From the NCBI GenBank assembly GCA_964611445.1, contig CAZSYZ010000002.1, positions 1-37,780 on the forward strand: a DNA stretch of 37,780 bases, read 5' to 3'. Numbering within the stretch: the first letter of the stretch is position 1; every line of letters begins with the position of its first letter. Below the pieces are notes generated by a model. That model made no database searches and was not told the origin of the DNA. It saw only the letters and a list, made by a program, of their open reading frames with translations. The stretch comes from an uncultured archaeon. GTDB taxonomy: Archaea > Aenigmatarchaeota > Aenigmatarchaeia > QMZP01 > JAFGSV01. A program made the translations under genes and the position numbers. Shown piece by piece: positions 33,080 to 37,780 of the stretch.

Positions 33080-33496
33080 ATGCGGGAAGTTGCAGGATAT
33101 ATGGGAGCTATAGGGTTTTCGATAGACTACGAGAGCATGAGGTTTTCCGTCACGGTTCAGGACATAGAAGATTCCGGACGCAAGAGAGATTTTAGAAACC
33201 ATTATTTCTATCTCCCTGAACATGTTTTCAAGGGAATCGACGAAGCTGTCTATGACAAGACGTTTGAAGATGGGCACGGCGTGAATTTCAATTATTTCGT
33301 TGAGATGAGCGACGGGGCCAGAAAGAAGCTCGGTGTATACGCGGATGCCATAGAAGCTGACGTGAAATATAAAAATGAATTGAGCTTTATGAAGCACGAA
33401 GCATTGCCCGAGGACGACATCGTCATACAGATACCGAGCCCGATTCGCATACGCAGCAGGGATTTTGCCCGCCGGGCCTTTGACGCGAAGAAGTGA
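33080..33496 (+). CDS. Hypothetical protein (138 aa).
   Basis: It is the best coding candidate in this interval, and the antisense ORF 32930..33397 looks like a shadow ORF. No family is recognised. Confidence 0.5.
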   Translation: MREVAGYMGAIGFSIDYESMRFSVTVQDIEDSGRKRDFRNHYFYLPEHVFKGIDEAVYDKTFEDGHGVNFNYFVEMSDGARKKLGVYADAIEADVKYKNELSFMKHEALPEDDIVIQIPSPIRIRSRDFARRAFDAKK

Positions 33497-33537
33497 GCAG
33501 ATACTTTTTAATACACCAGAGTCCTATCTTATCTTCA

Positions 33538-33839
33538 GTGGGGTCTTGAGGTAGTTTGGCTATCCTGGCGGGCTCCAGAGGTCATCTGGAGAGCTGACGG
33601 GTTTATTGAGGCTTCGATAAGCCGGATGATAGGAAGAAACCCGCATACATGGGTTCAAAGGCACCCTTTAGCCCAAGTAAACGTGCTAAAGCGCGCGCCG
33701 GAAAACAAGCTGGCGCAGCGAAACATGCGGAAGCATCGGGAATGTTTTCCCTTGCATCCGCTGCTGCGGAAGCGGACATTCCGGGAGCGCTTTTCGCGCT
33801 TGCATGCGAAAAGGGTTCTGGGAATCCCATAGACCCCAC
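33538..33839 (+). ncRNA. Structured ~302-nt RNA, possibly RNase P RNA. The class is not established.
   Basis: - The 5' gtggggtct pairs with the 3' agaccccac (9 bp).
- TATA-like tttttaata lies at 33505..33513, about 25 nt upstream.
- An oligo-T tract (tttctttttatttt) lies immediately downstream.
- Many local hairpins, including two GGAA-capped ones.
- Long-range pairing AGAAACCC/GGGUUCU is flanked by AGGAAG.. and ..GCGAAAA, reminiscent of P4/CR-I/CR-V.
- GUAA ... hairpin ... GCGAAAC is reminiscent of CR-II/III. Confidence 0.6.
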
Positions 33840-33853
33840 TTTCTTTTTATTTT
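33818..33853. repeat. 3' end and terminator of the structured RNA (repeat copy A).
   Basis: The sequence ctgggaatcccatagaccccactttcttttt contains a 16-nt exact core, ccatagaccccacttt (33827..33842), that recurs at 34101..34116. Confidence 0.8.
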
Positions 33854-33904
33854 GTTTCAGACGCCAAAGTATCGGTTTGTTTACGGGATTAGTACATGTT
33901 GATA

Positions 33905-34104
33905 TTACTCATCGAGCCCGACAATAACGTATTTTTTCTTTAGTTCAGTCAAAATATCAGGAGGAAGTTCCTTATCGGTATGTATCTGACATCCCCCATC
34001 TTTGTATGCGTTTAAGGTCACATCGTAATTATTCATATCAGTTATCGCATTTTTTGCTGCTTGAACTCCAATAATATTGTGCCCTTTTATCAGATATCTG
34101 AATC
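33905..34104 (-). CDS. Small hypothetical ORF (~66 aa) inside the AT-rich insertion.
   Basis: MVLGFRYLIKGHNIIGVQAAKNAITDMNNYDVTLNAYKDGGCQIHTDKELPPDILTELKKKYVIVGLDE. Its 5' end is encoded by repeat copy B. Confidence 0.4.
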
Positions 34105-34125
34105 CCAATACCATAGACCCCACTT
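34088..34125. repeat. Diverged duplicate of the structured RNA 3' end (repeat copy B).
   Basis: The sequence ctgaatcccaataccatagaccccactttattattttt matches copy A apart from a 6-nt insertion and a few substitutions. Confidence 0.8.
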
Positions 34126-34127
34126 TA

Positions 34128-34463
34128 TTATTTTTCCATGCTCAGCACTCTGTATCTGCGGCTGAAAGGGAAGATTTTCCTGACCTTAAGGTTTTCTATG
34201 ATGTCCCCTTCCTGAACGCTGCCCGAGGGGAACCTGAGAGTGCCATCAAATCCTTTAATCCCGACCTCTGTGCAGGTGGGCCCGGTGTGGAATTCCGGGT
34301 AAACATCCCACGGGTTCCCGACGGGATCGGCATATTCAATGACGGCATTTGATATCGTCACTGGAGGGTTACTGTCGTGCCATCCCTTGCAGATACCTGC
34401 CAAAGTGTATAAACCTAAGATAGTGATCATCACTTTTGCGGCGTAATTCCTTCCTGGAACCAT
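34128..34463 (-). CDS. Hypothetical small secreted or membrane-anchored protein (111 aa).
   Basis: It has an N-terminal hydrophobic segment, AAKVMITILGLYTLAGIC. No family is recognised. Confidence 0.5.
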   Translation of the reverse strand: MVPGRNYAAKVMITILGLYTLAGICKGWHDSNPPVTISNAVIEYADPVGNPWDVYPEFHTGPTCTEVGIKGFDGTLRFPSGSVQEGDIIENLKVRKIFPFSRRYRVLSMEK

Positions 34464-34487
34464 TAAGCTAATTTGGTGGAAAATAAT

Positions 34488-35069
34488 TTAAGCCTTCAGT
34501 ATCTTCGCCTTGACTTCCCCGAAGTGCTTGGGGAGCGCTTCCGGTGCCGCCTTCGCCTTTGCGTATCCCGAGAATGTCTTCTTGTACCCGGCTGCGCTCT
34601 CCTTCTTCAGGTGCTCGGCGTATGCGGAGATGTGCTGGCCTCTGAGCCTGTCGTCATCCGGCGCTATCTCCTCCGAGAACGGCACCCTGAGGCCGGCGTC
34701 GGCCGCGCCCCTGAGCGCTGCGTATATCCTGCTGCCCTTGGTGGACCTGTAGAGGCCCGCATCGAGGATTGCTTCCTTGACCTTTCCCTTTGCCCTGATG
34801 CCGCAGAGGAGCCCGGTAAGGTAGGCTGCAGGTATGTTTCCCGTGCCCGCTTTCCATCCGAACTTGGCGAGTTCCTTTGAATCCACGGTGCAGACGGTTT
34901 TGTCTCCCGCGGGCTGGTATTCGACCAGCTGGCATACCACGTTCCTGGCGGACTTCCTTATGACCAGTCTCGCCTTTCCGCTCTTGAGAAGCCTCAACCT
35001 GTTCTGGTAATCGGTCTTCATAGTCCTCCTTCTCCTGTGGGGGACTATGACTTTCCTGCCTCTAGGCAT
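34488..35069 (-). CDS. rpl18: Ribosomal protein uL18 (archaeal L18P/L5e type).
   Basis: MPRGRKVIVPHRRRRTMKTDYQNRLRLLKSGKARLVIRKSARNVVCQLVEY. I prefer the ATG at 35069 to the GTG at 35078. Confidence 0.9.
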   Translation of the reverse strand: MPRGRKVIVPHRRRRTMKTDYQNRLRLLKSGKARLVIRKSARNVVCQLVEYQPAGDKTVCTVDSKELAKFGWKAGTGNIPAAYLTGLLCGIRAKGKVKEAILDAGLYRSTKGSRIYAALRGAADAGLRVPFSEEIAPDDDRLRGQHISAYAEHLKKESAAGYKKTFSGYAKAKAAPEALPKHFGEVKAKILKA

Positions 35070-35523
35070 TCGCTTCACCCCTTCCCTTGAGAAGGCCCTT
35101 GTCTTTCAGGTACGCAAGCATGTGCTTCTTGTTCCTGAACTCGCCTCCCTTGGACCTCTTGTACATCGGACCGTAAACGCCCTTCCCTATCTGGCCGCTG
35201 TCCCTGAGCTCCCCGAGCAGAACCCTCTGCGCCCTCAGGTTCCTCATCCATACGTCCTTCTTGCTCAGCCTTGAGTGCTTCGTGCCGCTCCTCTTTCCGG
35301 TGCCCCTGCCGCGGCCCTTCTTCTTCTGCGACAGCCTCTTCCTGGCATCCGTCCTGGTTGTGCCCTTCTTCTGCCTCTTGCTTATGAGGCCCTTGACTAT
35401 CAGATGCCTCACGTCGTTCCTGGTCAGCGCCTCCTCTATGTCCTTTTCCTGCGCCATCTTCACCCTCTTCGGGCTGCATTTCATGACTTTCGCGGCAAGC
35501 CTTTTCTGGTATGACGTGTCCAT
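35062..35523 (-). CDS. rpl19e: Ribosomal protein eL19.
   Basis: MDTSYQKRLAAKVMKCSPKRVKM...KGLISKRQKKGTTRTDARKR. The ATG is at 35523. Confidence 0.9.
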   Translation of the reverse strand: MDTSYQKRLAAKVMKCSPKRVKMAQEKDIEEALTRNDVRHLIVKGLISKRQKKGTTRTDARKRLSQKKKGRGRGTGKRSGTKHSRLSKKDVWMRNLRAQRVLLGELRDSGQIGKGVYGPMYKRSKGGEFRNKKHMLAYLKDKGLLKGRGEANA

Positions 35524-35528
35524 AAGAA

Positions 35529-36248
35529 TCACTCGTCCTTCTTGGCTTTCCTGTCAGCCTTCTCCTCAGCTTTCTGCCGCGCCCTTTTAGGTGCGGATTT
35601 TGCCGGCTCCGGCTTCTCCTCTTCCTCTACGGCTTCTTCAGGCTTCTCCTCCCCGGCCTGGGCCGGCGCGCTCTCGCCGCCGAAGTCCTCTATGGTGTAC
35701 TTGAAGTCGGAGTCCTTCTTGACCTTTCCCCTCTTCTTCAGGATTTCCCTCGCGAGCAGCATGAAAATCAGGGCCATCGATTTCTTTCCGTTGTTGTTGG
35801 CCGGTATAATGAGGTCCACGTCGCTGGCCTCGTTGAACGTGTCGCAGAGGGCAATCATCGGTATCCTCTTCTTCTTGGCCTCCTTTATCGCGTTCTCGTC
35901 GACGAGCGGATCGACCGATATGACCACGTCGGGCTCGAAGAAATCGCTGTATGACGGGTTCGTCAGCGTTCCGGGCGAGAACCTGCCGGCTATGGCCTTG
36001 GTTCCCGTAACCTCCGCGAACTTGATTATGGCCTCGGCAGCGTTGCTCTTCCTCGAAACGACAAGTATGTTATCGAACTGCGAGAGGAAATTCGCAGCCA
36101 CGGCTATCCTCATGTCCACTTTCCTCAGGTTGAAGACCGCGAGGCCGTCATCCCTTATCTTGTAAACGAACTGCCTGAGGTACTTCGTGCACGACTTCAT
36201 GCCTATGTGCACCCCCGCAGACAGGTAATCGGTCCTTTCCGCTAACAT
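35529..36248 (-). CDS. rps2: Ribosomal protein uS2 with a C-terminal Lys/Glu/Ala-rich extension.
   Basis: MLAERTDYLSAGVHIGMKSCTKYLRQFVYKIRDDGLAVFNLRK. The C-terminal ~45 aa are APAQAGEEKPEEAVEEEEKPEPAKSAPKRARQKAEEKADRKAKKDE. Confidence 0.9.
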   Translation of the reverse strand: MLAERTDYLSAGVHIGMKSCTKYLRQFVYKIRDDGLAVFNLRKVDMRIAVAANFLSQFDNILVVSRKSNAAEAIIKFAEVTGTKAIAGRFSPGTLTNPSYSDFFEPDVVISVDPLVDENAIKEAKKKRIPMIALCDTFNEASDVDLIIPANNNGKKSMALIFMLLAREILKKRGKVKKDSDFKYTIEDFGGESAPAQAGEEKPEEAVEEEEKPEPAKSAPKRARQKAEEKADRKAKKDE

Positions 36249-36326
36249 AGCCAACACATCTTATATAATGAACAGTTATTAATAATTTTCGTAATAATTG
36301 GCTCTTTAAAAATATAAATGCGTATC

Positions 36327-37376
36327 TCAGGCGGGCCTCTGCGCCGCTTCCCGGGGTTTCTCTGCGGGTCCTTCGGCCTTCCTCGTGATCCCTTCAAGCA
36401 GGAACTTGGGAAAGAAGGTCTTCTTGTAGGTGTGGTAAAGCGGCACGCTTTCCGCCTGCTGTATCAGCGGTGCGAAGAGATGCCTTATGTCCATCTCTAT
36501 GGTCCTCCTCTCCATGACGTCCTTCGACTCTATCGATATCTCCATGTCCCATTCGCCCAGCGTCTTGGTTATGCACCTTACGTTCGGGTGAACCCTCAGG
36601 TATCCTATGAACTTGCTCTCGAGGTCCGATGTTATGTTGTGGTACCTTATCATGAGGAGGCTCGGCGTGTAACCAGCCTTTCTCGTGTCCCAGAGTGGCC
36701 GGGAGCCACGTATGACGCCTTTTTCCTTCAGCCTTTTCATCCTCTCTATAACGGTCTTGACGCTGAGCGAAAGCTCCGCCGAGATGCTCACGGCACTCTT
36801 CCTCGCGTCGTCTGCGACAAGGTCAAGCATTTCCATATCCTTCTCATCCACCTCTGCGGGTACGCTGTCGCCTCCCATGAGAACCTCGGGGAGAGCGATT
36901 TTCCCGTGAGGCAGGTACTTCCTCCCGAACTCCCTCACCACGACCGTTGTCAGGACCGAATAGTTCTGGAGCTGCTGGGGGAACCTGGCCATTATCTCCC
37001 TCAGCGTCTTGTTGAACTGCGACGGGTTCCCGGCGAAGAACGAGCATATGAGGTCATAGCTTCCACTGCACGTGGCTATCCAGGAGGTATGGTGCTCCTT
37101 TACCAGATATTCTATGAGCTCGTCGAACTTCGTCCGGCTTATGTAGTTCACCCTGAAGTAGACCCTGAAATTGAGCACATTGAATTTGGAGTAGTCGATG
37201 AGCGTGAAAAAGCTCTTTATGATGCCCTTCTTCTGCATCGAATTCACGGTGTAGCTTACCTGCTGCTGGCTTCTCCTGATGCTGGTCGCGATCCTTGTCA
37301 TGGGAGCCCTCGAGTCGAACTCGAGCCTGCCAAGGACGAGCTTCTCGATGTTCGAGAGCCCTTTTCTTGATGACAT
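36327..37376 (-). CDS. Tandem (duplicated) Lrp/AsnC-family transcriptional regulator.
   Basis: It has two HTH_AsnC-like modules, IEKLVLGRLEFDSRAPMTRIATSIRRSQQQVSYTVNSMQKKGII and DMEMLDLVADDARKSAVSISAELSLSVKTVIERMKRLKEKGVI. Each is followed by a RAM-like domain. Confidence 0.75.
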   Translation of the reverse strand: MSSRKGLSNIEKLVLGRLEFDSRAPMTRIATSIRRSQQQVSYTVNSMQKKGIIKSFFTLIDYSKFNVLNFRVYFRVNYISRTKFDELIEYLVKEHHTSWIATCSGSYDLICSFFAGNPSQFNKTLREIMARFPQQLQNYSVLTTVVVREFGRKYLPHGKIALPEVLMGGDSVPAEVDEKDMEMLDLVADDARKSAVSISAELSLSVKTVIERMKRLKEKGVIRGSRPLWDTRKAGYTPSLLMIRYHNITSDLESKFIGYLRVHPNVRCITKTLGEWDMEISIESKDVMERRTIEMDIRHLFAPLIQQAESVPLYHTYKKTFFPKFLLEGITRKAEGPAEKPREAAQRPA

Positions 37377-37491
37377 ACTTTGTTATATTGTACTTTTTAG
37401 TTAAATTAGTTACTGTTTCAAATAAAAAAATTCAAAAAATTTAATATGATTGGTAAAGTAAATACATTTTACTGAATTTTTAGGGGATATT

Positions 37492-37780
37492 ATGGACTAT
37501 TACGGCGCTGGAGGCGAGCCCTGGAGGAAGTTCGGAGCCACCGTAGAGGAGTGGAGGGACTGGAAGTGGCAGGCAAGGAACGGAATAACGGACATAGACG
37601 GGCTCAGGCGCATACAGGACTTCCACATGACGGATGAGCAGCTTGACATGCTCGGAAGGTTCGGCAGCTGGCCGATGAGGATAACGCCTTATTACGCTTC
37701 CCTCATGGGTGACAATCCCACCGGGGTGGGCCCTGACGGGAAATCGACAAGCGATTACGTGAGCCCGGTATTCCTTCAGG
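37492..37780 (+). CDS. KamA-family (lysine 2,3-aminomutase-like) radical SAM protein; N-terminal part, running off the right edge.
   Basis: It is absent from the ORF track because no stop lies in the window. My translation is MDYYGAGGEPWRKFGATVEEWRDWKWQARNGITDIDGLRRIQDFHMTDEQLDMLGRFGSWPMRITPYYASLM, the typical KamA N-terminal signature (W.W..R..I ... ITPYY.SL). AGGGGAT lies upstream. Confidence 0.75.
   Translation, partial: MDYYGAGGEPWRKFGATVEEWRDWKWQARNGITDIDGLRRIQDFHMTDEQLDMLGRFGSWPMRITPYYASLMGDNPTGVGPDGKSTSDYVSPVFLQ

Noticed and set aside
32651-33397. Track ORFs 32651-32929(+) and 32930-33397(-) as genes.
   Set aside because: The first translates to a low-complexity R/E/K string and overlaps a more plausible minus-strand small TM ORF. 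The second is antisense to the better candidate at 33080-33496 and begins inside another small ORF. Neither has recognisable motifs.
33538-33839. Calling the structured RNA an SRP (7S) RNA.
   Set aside because: It has a 5'/3' terminal helix and two GGAA-capped hairpins. However, neither hairpin is followed by the invariant AGCA asymmetric-loop motif of helix 8, and I see no UGUAA-type Alu-domain element. I kept the feature as an unclassified RNA with RNase P-like elements.

Overview
This window looks like an archaeal chromosome. The evidence is archaeal-type uL18, eL19 and uS2, a proteasome beta subunit, an aCPSF1 KH/beta-CASP nuclease, and a tRNA intron with a bulge-helix-bulge motif. The backbone is GC-rich and is interrupted by visibly AT-richer insertions. 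Lineage cannot be assigned without a search; a small-genome uncultivated archaeon is only a guess.

Backbone genes, left to right:
- two tandem paralogs of unknown function
- MscS, two RimK-type ATP-grasp genes and a retropepsin-like gene
- a nuclease-less Hef-like helicase
- an nrdR-nrdD-dCMP deaminase-nrdG operon on the minus strand
- DtxR/FeoA-FeoB
- aCPSF1, PsmB and an AmmeMemoRadiSam-type radical SAM enzyme
- tRNA-Thr(CGU)
- a membrane wHTH protein divergent from a MacB-type ABC operon
- a ~300-nt structured RNA
- uL18/eL19/uS2
- a tandem Lrp/AsnC regulator divergent from a KamA-family gene

Main observations from the hunt:
1. The last ~100-137 bp of the helicase ORF occurs four times in direct orientation (5847-5983, 7306-7404, 8792-8928, and a degenerate copy at 12104-12147). 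These copies delimit three stacked cassettes, none with a recognisable integrase. Two carry only an AAA+/DUF4143 ATPase. The third carries a secreted Cys-rich protein ending in a Hint (intein/Hedgehog-like) domain plus a fibre-like protein.
2. Two fibre-like paralogs share a perfect 152-bp promoter and signal-peptide block.
3. NrdD carries two LAGLIDADG inteins with atypical terminal residues. Its glycyl-radical domain is encoded as a separate 50-aa ORF with its own Shine-Dalgarno (SD) sequence.
4. tRNA-Thr has a 65-nt intron at position 59/60 with a textbook hBHBh' motif.
5. The 3' end of the structured RNA is duplicated around a small AT-rich insertion.
6. A CGTTTCA heptad array sits in the divergent promoter of the wHTH/ABC locus.

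Everything here comes from reading the sequence. No database search was possible.
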